The translations under genes and the position numbers were made by a program. Of a stretch of 32,000 nucleotides of DNA, positions 10,087 to 18,321 are shown piece after piece. Under the pieces are notes generated by a model, which was not told the origin of the DNA, ran no database searches, and saw only the letters and a list, made by a program, of their open reading frames with translations. Position 1 is the first letter of the stretch. Each line of letters opens with the position of its first letter. This DNA is from Psychrobacter cryohalolentis K5 (lineage in GTDB: Bacteria > Pseudomonadota > Gammaproteobacteria > Pseudomonadales > Moraxellaceae): contig NC_007969.1 of the NCBI RefSeq assembly GCF_000013905.1, positions 1,920,001 to 1,952,000 on the forward strand. The letters run 5' to 3'.

Positions 10087-11505
10087 CTAAAAAGTTCGCA
10101 CATCCACAAAGTGACCTGCCAATGCTGCTGCTGCTGCCATTGCTGGGCTGACCAGATGAGTGCGACCACCATTGCCTTGTCGACCTTCAAAGTTGCGATT
10201 GGATGTCGAAGCACAATGCTCTTGTGGCTCAAGCTTATCAGCATTCATTGCAAGGCACATCGAGCAGCCCGGCTCACGCCATTCAAAGCCTGCGTCCGTA
10301 AATAAAGCATCTAGACCTTCTGCTTCTGCCTGCAACTTCACTTGACCAGAACCAGCAACGACGATGGCTTCTTTAATAGTATCAGCCACTTTACGACCTT
10401 TGATCACGGCGGCGGCATCACGCAAATCTTCAATACGCGAGTTGGTACAAGAGCCAATAAAGATACGGTCCAGCTGAATATCGGTAATTTTTTGACCCGC
10501 CTCCAAACCCATATAGGTATAAGCACGCAACCAACCTTCTTCTTGTGCTTCATCAATCGCTTGATCAGGCGTTGGCACTGACTGTGTGATATCAACCACC
10601 ATCTCAGGCGAGGTACCCCAAGATACTTGCGGTGCAATTTGGCTACCATCAATCTCAATCACGCTATCAAACACAGCGTCATCATCTGAGTAAAAAGTAC
10701 GCCAGTAAGCTTCTGCTTGCTGCCATTGTGACTCGTTCGGCGCATATGGACGACCTTTAACATAGTCAATCGTCGTATCATCGACTGCAACCATACCCAC
10801 GCGTGCGCCCGCTTCAATCGCCATATTACAGACGGTCATACGACCTTCCATGCTCATGTCTTCAAATACTTGACCAGCAAATTCAATCGCATGCCCTGTT
10901 CCGCCAGCAGTACCGATTTTTGCAATGATAGCAAGCACCACATCTTTTGAGGTTACGCCAGCGCCAAGCTCACCGGTGACGCGGATTTGCATATTCTTTG
11001 ATTTCTTTTGAATCAAGCACTGGGTTGCCAATACGTGCTCAACTTCAGAAGTACCAATACCGTGGGCTAAACAGCCCAATGCGCCATGAGTGGCGGTATG
11101 TGAATCACCGCAAACGACAGTCATACCAGGCAATACCAAGCCTTGCTCAGGACCGACGACATGCAAGATCCCTTGACGAGCATCATTAATCGTAAACTCA
11201 GCGATATCAAATTTGGCACAGTTATCATCTAACGTCAGTACTTGTAAGCGCGAGACCTTATCCTTGATACCTGCCACACCTTCTGAGCGCTCTTTGGTGA
11301 CTGTCGGTACGTTATGGTCAGGGCTTGCAATATTAGCCGACAGACGCCACGGCGCTCTATTAGCCAATTCCAAACCCTCAAACGCTTGCGGACTTGTCAC
11401 TTCATGTAGCAAATGGCGGTCGATATAAATCAGGCTCGAACCATCATCACGCTTGGTGACTTCGTGAGCATTCCAAAGTTTGTCATATAACGTTTGACCG
11501 GCCAT
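10087..11505 (-). CDS. leuC: 3-isopropylmalate dehydratase large subunit
   Basis: [14 protein letters not shown]...[22 protein letters not shown] and [12 protein letters not shown] aconitase-family Fe-S ligand motifs. AAGGA lies 7 nt upstream of the ATG. Confidence 0.95.
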
Positions 11506-11813
11506 ATTGCTATCCTTTTTAGTGGCTAATGACTATATTTTTCATTTATTAAACCCATAGTGTGCTAGGTTTTTATCTGTTACTTACTAATGGTTGCGAT
11601 AATTGATGCCTAAAATAAGATTTATGGCGCAGATTATCAAGTAAATACAATAAATATGTCTAAAATACGTTTCGATGTCTTGTGATTATAGCAGGCTAAT
11701 CCTATAATAATAATTGATGATTCTTTCATAGTTGCAAACTTTTATTTCTAATACATTATGATTGGGTCAGCCAACTTTTATTTATAGCTCGTTATGTAGC
11801 TAAGGACATCGGT

Positions 11814-12686
11814 GTGAATACCACAAATTTGACGACATTCGTGACTGTGATGAATACAGGTAGTATTTCGGGTGCAGCAGAAAAGCTTTTTATTACTCAG
11901 CCTGCGGTCAGTAAACGCATCAAAAACTTAGAAGATGAGTTTAATATCACTTTATTTGATACGGTGGGTCGTGGTATTGTTCCAACTCAAGCAGCCAGTG
12001 AGATGTTACCTCATGCCAAACGATGGCTTGAAGACTACGAAAACTTTAAAATCAATCTACAGCACTCTAAGCATATTGTATCCGGCAAACTTGTCATTGG
12101 TACTAGCCATCATATAGGCTTACACCATCTCGCCCCTGTTCTTAAGCATTTTATCCAAGCGTATCCTGCCGTACAGCTAGAGGTACATTTCGTCGATTCA
12201 GAAACCGCACATAAAGCGGTACTTGATGGTGACTTGTCTCTAGCATTTTTGACCCTGCCACCCGTTTATGACAAGCGTTTAACCTATCATACCCTGTGGT
12301 CAGATCCACTTTACTTTATGACTGGTACCTTATCACCTTTGGCCAGTAAGTCTAATGTGACACTAGAGCAATTGGCACGTTACCCTGCTATCTTGCCATC
12401 TGCCAATACCTTTACCAGTCAAATTACCTTGGCTGAATTTGCCAAACACAATCTAAAGCCTTATGCCACCATGAGCACCAACCCACTTGAATCTATTCGG
12501 ATGCTGGTGTCTGTAGGACTTGGTTGGTCAGTATTGCCGCAAACGATGATTAGCCAAGACTTAGAGCGTATTGATATGGCAGATAATATCGAATTACAGC
12601 GTCATTTAGGCGTGGTAATCAACCCGAAACTGACCCAATCAAACAGTGTAACTGCACTATTAGATTTGCTAGCACCCATTGAATAA
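11814..12686 (+). CDS. LysR-family transcriptional regulator, divergent from leuCD
   Basis: N-terminal wHTH LTTFVTVMNTGSISGAAEKLFITQPAVSKRIKNLEDEF. About 290 aa with a typical LTTR substrate-binding region. GTG start with AAGGA 7 nt upstream. Confidence 0.85.
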   Translation: MNTTNLTTFVTVMNTGSISGAAEKLFITQPAVSKRIKNLEDEFNITLFDTVGRGIVPTQAASEMLPHAKRWLEDYENFKINLQHSKHIVSGKLVIGTSHHIGLHHLAPVLKHFIQAYPAVQLEVHFVDSETAHKAVLDGDLSLAFLTLPPVYDKRLTYHTLWSDPLYFMTGTLSPLASKSNVTLEQLARYPAILPSANTFTSQITLAEFAKHNLKPYATMSTNPLESIRMLVSVGLGWSVLPQTMISQDLERIDMADNIELQRHLGVVINPKLTQSNSVTALLDLLAPIE

Positions 12687-12792
12687 GGTGCTATTGAATA
12701 ACAGATCATTCAATAAAAACTCCTAGTCTGGTGTGGTTGGATAGCTAAGATAAAATAACTTTCTAAAATATTACTTGCTGAAAGATACTGAG

Positions 12793-12822
12793 TTAGCATT
12801 TATGACGCTCATACGTTATAAT
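12793..12822 (+). promoter_or_regulatory. Candidate sigma70 promoter with no annotated gene downstream
   Basis: TTAGCA (12793-12798), an 18-nt spacer, then a perfect TATAAT (12817-12822). The next translated gene on this strand (putP) starts about 400 nt downstream. Confidence 0.35.
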
Positions 12823-13093
12823 GCCTCTGACGTTTTTTATAACATAATTTTACCCAACTGGCACTGATAATCATATATTGAACATCTCTAGTAATATATG
12901 ATAGTAAACAGTAGGTTTAATGGTTTTAAATGATTGGTTATATAAGCGATTAATATTTGGCAAGTGGTAAAGAGATGATGGCATTTAACGTAGCAACACA
13001 GAAGTATATTTGCCCTTTTCTATACAACATTGTTTGATAAGTATTGGTCCTAAAACAGCATCAATCATATAAAACTAACAGAAGATATTGAAT

Positions 13094-13127
13094 AAAAGCC
13101 ATTATGTCCTACTTAATGGCTTTTTTT
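13094..13127 (+). terminator. Strong intrinsic terminator about 95 nt upstream of the putP start codon
   Basis: Stem AAAAGCCATTA / TAATGGCTTTT (GC core GCCATTA/TAATGGC), a 9-nt loop, then T7 (13121-13127). Confidence 0.75.
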
Positions 13128-13222
13128 GTCTTTAGATATTGTTTCTAAACATCGTCTTGCAAGACTTAATTTTTCTCGTTAAAAATAATGACAGCCAACA
13201 ACGTTGGTTAAGGACTATTTAT

Positions 13223-14722
13223 ATGAACGGAGTTTCTAGTGGCGTGCTGATATCACTTGGCGCCTATTTCTTAGTGATGATCGGGATTGGGGTTTATGCT
13301 TATTTTAAGCAAGCCAATGATACCGAAGGCTATATGCTTGGTGGTCGTAGTCTCGGTCCTGCGGTAACCGCTTTATCCGCTGGCGCATCAGACATGTCCG
13401 GTTGGTTATTACTTGGTTTACCGGGTTATATGTATGCCGATGGCGTCGTGAGTATCTGGATTGCCCTCGGTTTGACATTGGGTGCATTTTTAAACTATAT
13501 CATCGTGGCACCGCGCTTACGTGTTTACACTGAAATTGCAGATAATGCCATCACATTACCTGACTACTTTGCAAATCGATTCGAAGATAAGTCGCATATG
13601 CTGCGTGTTATCTCAGCAGTTGTAATTATTTTATTCTTTACTGTTTATACAGCAGCTAGCTTAGTTGGTGGTGGTAAACTGTTTGAAAGCTCACTCAACT
13701 TATCTTATACCACAGGTTTGTGGGTGACTGCTGGTGTGGTTGTCGCCTATACTCTATTTGGCGGCTTTTTAGCAGTGTCAATGACTGACTTTGTACAGGG
13801 CATTATCATGCTATTTGCGATGGTTATCGTACCTGTTGTAGCCTTTACTGATCTTGGCGGAATTTCAGCCACAACTGAGGCGGTCAGGAACATTGATCCA
13901 AGCTTACTTAATGTCACCAGTGGTATGACGATCCTTGGTATTGTCTCGTTAATGGCTTGGGGTTTGGGGTACTTTGGGCAGCCGCATATTATTGTACGCT
14001 TTATGGCTATTCGCTCAGTCAAAGATATACCAACGGCACGTAACATTGGTATGAGCTGGATGATTGTGAGTCTAATCGGTGCATTAATGACTGGTTTTGC
14101 AGGTCGTGCTTATGTACAGAAAACAGCAATGACTTTAGATGATCCTGAAACTATCTTCTTAGTATTCACCCAGTTCTTATTCACGCCATTAGTTTCAGGC
14201 TTCTTGTTAGCCGCTATTTTAGCCGCGATCATGAGTACAATCTCATCACAGCTATTGGTCGTATCAAGCTCACTAACCAAAGATGTGTACAAGCTGTTTT
14301 TTGATAGAGATGCACCAGAAGCCCGCCAAGTAATGGTCGGTCGTCTTTCAGTTATCGTGGTCGCCGTCGTTGCTATTTTGCTGGCTTCTAATCCTGAAAG
14401 CTCTGTATTAAGTTTGGTCTCTAACGCTTGGGCAGGATTTGGTGCGGCATTTGGACCGTTGGTTATTTTCAGTCTTATCTGGCGCGGTATGAACCGAAAC
14501 GGTGCGGTTGCTGGTATGGTCGTTGGTGCATTAACTGTCATCTTATGGATCTATGGTCCTTTCCAGATGAATGGTATGGCACTAAATAGCTGGTTATACG
14601 CTATCGTTCCAGGCTTTATCCTAAGTACTATTGCCATCTTTGCTGTAAGTATTATGACAGGTGGTCCAAAAGCCTCAGTCTCAGCGAAGTTTAAAGAAAT
14701 GGAAATGAACTTAGATCAATAA
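13223..14722 (+). CDS. putP: Sodium/proline symporter
   Basis: SSF-family signature region YMLGGRSLGPAVTALSAGASDMSGWLLLGLPGYMY with multiple TM helices throughout. AAGGA lies 8 nt upstream of ATG 13223; the ORF-track start at 13139 is an extension. Confidence 0.88.
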   Translation: MNGVSSGVLISLGAYFLVMIGIGVYAYFKQANDTEGYMLGGRSLGPAVTALSAGASDMSGWLLLGLPGYMYADGVVSIWIALGLTLGAFLNYIIVAPRLRVYTEIADNAITLPDYFANRFEDKSHMLRVISAVVIILFFTVYTAASLVGGGKLFESSLNLSYTTGLWVTAGVVVAYTLFGGFLAVSMTDFVQGIIMLFAMVIVPVVAFTDLGGISATTEAVRNIDPSLLNVTSGMTILGIVSLMAWGLGYFGQPHIIVRFMAIRSVKDIPTARNIGMSWMIVSLIGALMTGFAGRAYVQKTAMTLDDPETIFLVFTQFLFTPLVSGFLLAAILAAIMSTISSQLLVVSSSLTKDVYKLFFDRDAPEARQVMVGRLSVIVVAVVAILLASNPESSVLSLVSNAWAGFGAAFGPLVIFSLIWRGMNRNGAVAGMVVGALTVILWIYGPFQMNGMALNSWLYAIVPGFILSTIAIFAVSIMTGGPKASVSAKFKEMEMNLDQ

Positions 14723-14750
14723 GCACTTTTTAATTACTGCTGTTAAATTA

Positions 14751-14764
14751 AAAAACCTCGCTAC
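14751..14764 (+). terminator. Left half of the putP terminator hairpin, severed by IS insertion
   Basis: AAAAACCTCGCTAC pairs with GTAACGAGGTTTTTT at 16198-16212 once the IS is removed in silico. Confidence 0.7.
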
Positions 14765-14788
14765 TGAACTGACCCCCAAATGTTGGAC
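14765..14788. repeat. IS terminal inverted repeat (orfB-proximal end)
   Basis: TGAACTGACCCCCAAATGTTGGAC matches the other end in 21/24 positions. Confidence 0.85.
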
Positions 14789-14796
14789 GGTTTAGT

Positions 14797-15650
14797 TTAT
14801 ATCAAGGACTGAGTTCTGTACTTAACAGGACTCAGTCCTTTTAGTTTGAGTTGAATTCTTTCATGATTATAGTAGTGAATATACTCATGAATCTGTTTCT
14901 CTAAACCTTCAATCGAATTAGGCTTTTCAATATAAATCGTCTCACACTTTAGGGTACCAAAGAACCCCTCCATGAGCGCATTATCCAAACAGTTGCCTTT
15001 TCTGCTCATACTTTGCTTAATACCATGCTGTTTCAGCACCTGTCCAAACAGTCTCATTTGATAATGCCATCCTTGATCAGAGTGCAGCATTAACTTGTTA
15101 TCACGGCACGCTTTCGTCTTTGCCAAAGCATCCTCTAGCATCTTGCCAACTAAGTCATAAGTGGGTCTCTTTGAGAGTGTATAACTGACAATCTCATTGT
15201 TATAACAATCAAGTATGGGTGACAAATACAGCTTATCATCACCCACCTTAAACTCAGTAATATCGGTCAGCCAGCGCTTATTTGGTTTATCTGCATGAAA
15301 CTGGCGTTTTAAATAGTTCTTCGCAATCTTACCTTGTTGTCCTTTATAGGAGCGATACTTCTGACGTCTTATCTTTGCGCTAAGCTTCATGTCATGCATA
15401 AGCTTAGCGATGAGCTTATGGTTATGATGACAATCTAGCTGCTTTAATGCAGCCGTGACTCTACGATAACCATACCTGCCTTTATGCTGATGGTAAAGCT
15501 CAGTAATACGCTGTTTTAAGTCTCCATATTTGTCTTTAACGTCAAACTGACACCTATGGTAGTAAAAGACACTTTTAGCCATCTTAGCGATGTTTAGCAA
15601 AGCAGATAAAGGGTGCTCTTGTCTTAGTGCTTCGATGAGCCTTGCTTTTT
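14797..15650 (-). CDS. IS3-family transposase OrfB (DDE/rve domain), expressed as an OrfAB fusion by -1 frameshift
   Basis: The -1 frame is open from the slippery site (…KARLIEALRQEHPLSALLNIAKMAKSVFYY…). DDE residues lie in WLTDITEF, HSDQGWHY and NALMEGFFGTLKCE. The C-terminal YYNHERIQLKLKGLSPVKYR is typical of IS3 transposases. Confidence 0.9.
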
Positions 15651-16142
15651 GCCTGCTTGTTCCTCCGCTTTGAGCAAGGCATCGAGCTTTTTTAGGTACG
15701 CAACCTCTGCACGTAGGTATTCATTCTCACGCTTAAGCTCTGCTAAGGTTTTCTCATCATCTGGTTTGCTTGTGATAAATGGCTTGGTCATGGCGGCTCT
15801 ACCTTTAGGCTTGGTTATTAGTCCAGACATGCCTTGTTGTCGATATGCTTTGTGCCAGTGGCTAATTAAAGCAGGTGAGCTGATATTAAATGTTAAAGCG
15901 ACCTCGGATTGACTTAATCCTTGCGTCAGCATGGTCGTAATCACTTTGTATTTAAACCCACTGCTGTATTTAGCCTTACTTGTCTTTGGCTTGATCGCGT
16001 CTATACCACCGCTTTGATATTGCTTAACCCATTTTTGTACAAGTTTCGAATCTACTTTAAACTTCTCACTTGTGGCAAGTCCGGTATGTCCTTGCAGATA
16101 GTATGCGATGACTTGCATCTTAAAGTCTAGATCGTAACGCAT
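15624..16142 (-). CDS. IS3-family transposase OrfA (HTH plus leucine-zipper-like C-terminus)
   Basis: MRYDLDFKMQVIAYYLQGHTGLATSEKFKVDSKLVQKWVKQY... resembles IS150 OrfA (double HTH). Coiled C-terminus LAELKRENEYLRAEVAYLKKLDALL. GGGGG lies 7 nt upstream of ATG 16142. The ORF-track start at 16169 lies inside the terminal repeat. Confidence 0.88.
   Translation of the reverse strand: MRYDLDFKMQVIAYYLQGHTGLATSEKFKVDSKLVQKWVKQYQSGGIDAIKPKTSKAKYSSGFKYKVITTMLTQGLSQSEVALTFNISSPALISHWHKAYRQQGMSGLITKPKGRAAMTKPFITSKPDDEKTLAELKRENEYLRAEVAYLKKLDALLKAEEQAGKKQGSSKH
15645..15650 (-). promoter_or_regulatory. Programmed -1 ribosomal frameshift site (AAAAAG) of the IS
   Basis: The minus strand reads GGC AAA AAG CAA near the end of orfA. 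A shift to -1 continues into the orfB frame without a stop. A-AAG type sites are the usual IS3-family frameshift signal. Confidence 0.7.
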
Positions 16143-16163
16143 AAAAATACCCCCATAAGTTGT

Positions 16164-16187
16164 GTCCAACTTATGGGGGTCGGTTCA
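16164..16187. repeat. IS terminal inverted repeat (orfA-proximal end)
   Basis: GTCCAACTTATGGGGGTCGGTTCA is the reverse complement of the partner repeat at 14765-14788, with 3 mismatches. Confidence 0.85.
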
Positions 16188-16212
16188 TACTGTTATAGTA
16201 ACGAGGTTTTTT
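16188..16212 (+). terminator. Right half (TSD copy, loop, right arm, T-run) of the IS-disrupted putP terminator
   Basis: TAC-TGTTATA-GTAACGAGG-TTTTTT. It complements 14754-14764. Confidence 0.7.
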
Positions 16213-16246
16213 ATTGTTTGATTAAATATCACTGGGTTATTTCAAT

Positions 16247-16294
16247 GCTAACTGCCTCTATATCATCAATTTGCGTGATAAAAAGGCAGTTAGC
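16247..16294. repeat. Perfect 11-bp inverted repeat with 26-nt spacer
   Basis: GCTAACTGCCT (16247-16257) and AGGCAGTTAGC (16284-16294). Confidence 0.8.
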
Positions 16295-16450
16295 AACCCT
16301 CTACGTCTATTACTCTGACAGTTACTACCTATTTATTTTTAAATAGATGCAGTATCACTAGGCTACTTCTTGCAAATCTCTATACTACCTAATAATAGCA
16401 AGTAGTAAACCTTTATATAAATAGCGTTCAAACCTCAATATTAACGTACC

Positions 16451-16480
16451 GTTTCTATCTATTTCTATCTATTTCTATAG
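16451..16480. repeat. 10-bp tandem repeat x3 (TTTCTATCTA-type)
   Basis: gtttctatct / atttctatct / atttctatag are consecutive and intergenic. Confidence 0.9.
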
Positions 16481-16512
16481 CCATTAGGTTTTTCCTCGAT
16501 TCATATATATAA

Positions 16513-16539
16513 GAAAGCGACCCTTAATGGATCGCTTTC
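16513..16539 (-). terminator. Probable terminator of the first FadL-family gene
   Basis: Minus strand: GAAAGCGATCC-ATTAA-GGGTCGCTTTC (11-bp stem, one mismatch) followed by TTATATATAT. It lies about 30 nt after the stop. Confidence 0.6.
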
Positions 16540-16571
16540 TCATGTCTAACCTATTTGTCTATAATAGTGTT

Positions 16572-17954
16572 TTATTTAGCTTGATAAGATATTTTTACAC
16601 CAGCCACATAACCATCGTTGTCTTGGAAGTCACCAACGATCTTATCTGTAGGTAGTTGACCTTGAGCATCACCAAACCATAAGTATTTACCACCTGCTGA
16701 TACTGCCCAGTTCTCTGTAAGGTTATACTTAGCACCTAGACCAACACTGTAATAACCATCAATTGGACCTAATGAAGTCGTTGGATCACCAGCGCCACTA
16801 TCCCAACCAACGGTACCACTAATGGCTAAAGCTGGGGCAATGCGTTTAGCAAGACCAAGCTCTACCTGCCATTGATCGTCATCATACTCAACCAGATTCA
16901 AACCCTCAGGGAAACGTTGTTTACTGACTTGATTGTATACTGGAGGAGTAATGGCAAAATCGCTCCATGGTACCCAGCGTACTTTTGCCGTCGCTAACGT
17001 AGTAGGATTAATACCCGTTTGGAAATCAAAGTTTACTGACTTAGGTGTTGTTATCTCCATATCATTGACTGCTCCATTTATCCCTACCACTGGATAATCC
17101 TCTGAAATCTGCGTGTTATGCTTAATCTCAGAACGATAAGTCAATGCCGCCTTTAACGCTATCTCAGGTTTGCTAAAGGCAACGCCAGCAAGGTACCCAT
17201 AATCTTGATCAGGATTTACATGAGCGTTATAACCAGTAGCAGGACCATAGGCAAGGCCTCGCAACTTAATATCAGCTCGTACACGCTGTGCTACTGGACC
17301 ACCATACACTTGAAAGTTTTTAGTGGCACCCAACTTCATTCCAAGAATGGCAGTAATATTCTCACTACGAACTTCAACGTCTGTGCCTTCACCTGCATCT
17401 GCATCTTGTTGTGCTACAATACGCGCCGCGCCGCCAAGAGTTTGAGCTTGAGCTTGAGCATTAGGATCATTCGGGTTAGCTGCTGCGTTAATTGCTGCAG
17501 CTCTAGCAGCTGCGTTAAGAGCTGCTTGATTAACTAACGGATTACCAGTTACTTCTCGAGCAGACTCATCTCCATTGCCACCTTTTGATACAAAGTTATT
17601 ATCACCTTCATATTTGGCAGCAGCACCAAATGGCTCGTCATATAAGATACCGACACTAAAAGTATCATTGATGTCTGCCTTTACGCCATAACGAAAGAAG
17701 TCATAAGACTCAGCAATATCACCAGTGGCATTACCTTTAACATAGGTATTGCTTGTAGGGACATTGTTAGCACTATCAAAGCCACTAACGTCTGCGTCGA
17801 TGTAGGTATAGACGGCCTCAGCATAGGTGCCATCTTGTAGGAATGCTGTAATATCTTGACCTGAACGATCAAGACCTGCAGCGTTAGCCATACTGGCTAT
17901 AGAAAGAGTAGCTATCGCTACAGCAAGAGTTTTTAAATGAAAAGTAGCGCGCAT
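16572..17954 (-). CDS. Outer-membrane transport protein, OmpP1/FadL/TodX family (paralogue 1, long-loop form)
   Basis: Signal peptide ...SIASMANA, then AGLDRSGQDITAFLQ, typical of Moraxellaceae FadL-like proteins. Alternating beta-strand pattern to the C-terminus (YVAGVKISYQAK). GGAG lies 7 nt upstream of the ATG. Confidence 0.78.
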   Translation of the reverse strand: MRATFHLKTLAVAIATLSIASMANAAGLDRSGQDITAFLQDGTYAEAVYTYIDADVSGFDSANNVPTSNTYVKGNATGDIAESYDFFRYGVKADINDTFSVGILYDEPFGAAAKYEGDNNFVSKGGNGDESAREVTGNPLVNQAALNAAARAAAINAAANPNDPNAQAQAQTLGGAARIVAQQDADAGEGTDVEVRSENITAILGMKLGATKNFQVYGGPVAQRVRADIKLRGLAYGPATGYNAHVNPDQDYGYLAGVAFSKPEIALKAALTYRSEIKHNTQISEDYPVVGINGAVNDMEITTPKSVNFDFQTGINPTTLATAKVRWVPWSDFAITPPVYNQVSKQRFPEGLNLVEYDDDQWQVELGLAKRIAPALAISGTVGWDSGAGDPTTSLGPIDGYYSVGLGAKYNLTENWAVSAGGKYLWFGDAQGQLPTDKIVGDFQDNDGYVAGVKISYQAK

Positions 17955-18250
17955 TGGGTATCTCCAAACATCCTAGTTGTTAAATCATCTTCATAACTCA
18001 TATTCGGCATTGTTGCTTAAAATATAAACTTATGTAAACGACGTCCTGAATGAATAGTAATCACTTTTTGACACTAAAACAACACTTAAAACACTTTATT
18101 TCTTAATAATGACTGTTCAGTACATTTATCTAGACCTAAAGCAAACGAACAAAAATACAAAACAAATATTCATAAAGTAACTCATAAATTGTAATTTTAG
18201 CAAACTTAAATCTAATAGTTAGTAATTCTAGATTTTTAATTTAATACATA

Positions 18251-18279
18251 AAAAAACGACCCCTTAAGGATCGCTTTTA
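18251..18279 (-). terminator. Intrinsic terminator of the second FadL-family gene
   Basis: Minus strand: CGATCC-TTAAG-GGGTCG (includes one G.U pair) followed by T7. The sequence is related to the hairpin at 16513-16539. Confidence 0.65.
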
Positions 18280-18321
18280 AAATTGTTAAAACAGTATTAT
18301 TTAAAGTAAAGGCATAAGCGC

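Larger units (their letters stand above)
14765..16187 (-). mobile_element. IS3-family insertion sequence (IS150 group), 1423 bp, apparently intact
   Basis: Imperfect 24-bp terminal inverted repeats starting with TG: TGAACTGACCCCCAAATGTTGGAC at 14765-14788, and the reverse complement of 16164-16187, TGAACCGACCCCCATAAGTTGGAC (21/24 identical). 3-bp direct repeat TAC at 14762-14764 and 16188-16190. orfA and orfB overlap in the 0/-1 frames with an AAAAAG slippery site. DDE motifs are present in orfB. Confidence 0.9.

Noticed and set aside
10026-11428. Several 60-85 aa ORFs on both strands inside leuC and at the leuC/leuD junction
   Set aside because: They are nested in or antisense to an unambiguous aconitase-family gene. 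They have no independent start signals.
11506-11700. Possible leucine leader peptide/attenuator upstream of leuC
   Set aside because: The minus-strand leader contains only an 8-codon ORF (MKNIVISH) with no Leu codons, and there is no terminator-like hairpin with a U-tract.
13139-13222. N-terminal extension of putP in the ORF track. Similar extensions: uup 20159-20266, FadL-2 19546-19566, infA 5232-5246, petB 23216-23230, leuD 10040-10054, IS orfA 16143-16169
   Set aside because: In each case an internal ATG with a proper Shine-Dalgarno and a family-typical N-terminus is present. The extensions run into terminators, repeats or upstream genes.
13305-14541. Antisense ORFs within putP (13305..13487, 13747..14046, 14110..14541)
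   Set aside because: These are shadow frames opposite a multi-TM transporter gene, with no RBS or motifs.
15649-16130. Plus-strand ORFs 15649..15912 and 15921..16130 inside the IS
   Set aside because: They are antisense to IS orfA. IS3-family elements encode only orfA/orfB on one strand, and no start signals are present.
17205-17872. ORFs 17205..17537 (+) and 17681..17872 (-) within FadL paralogue 1. The analogous ORF in paralogue 2 is 19305..19505 (-)
   Set aside because: They are nested off-frame or antisense ORFs inside a clear beta-barrel gene.
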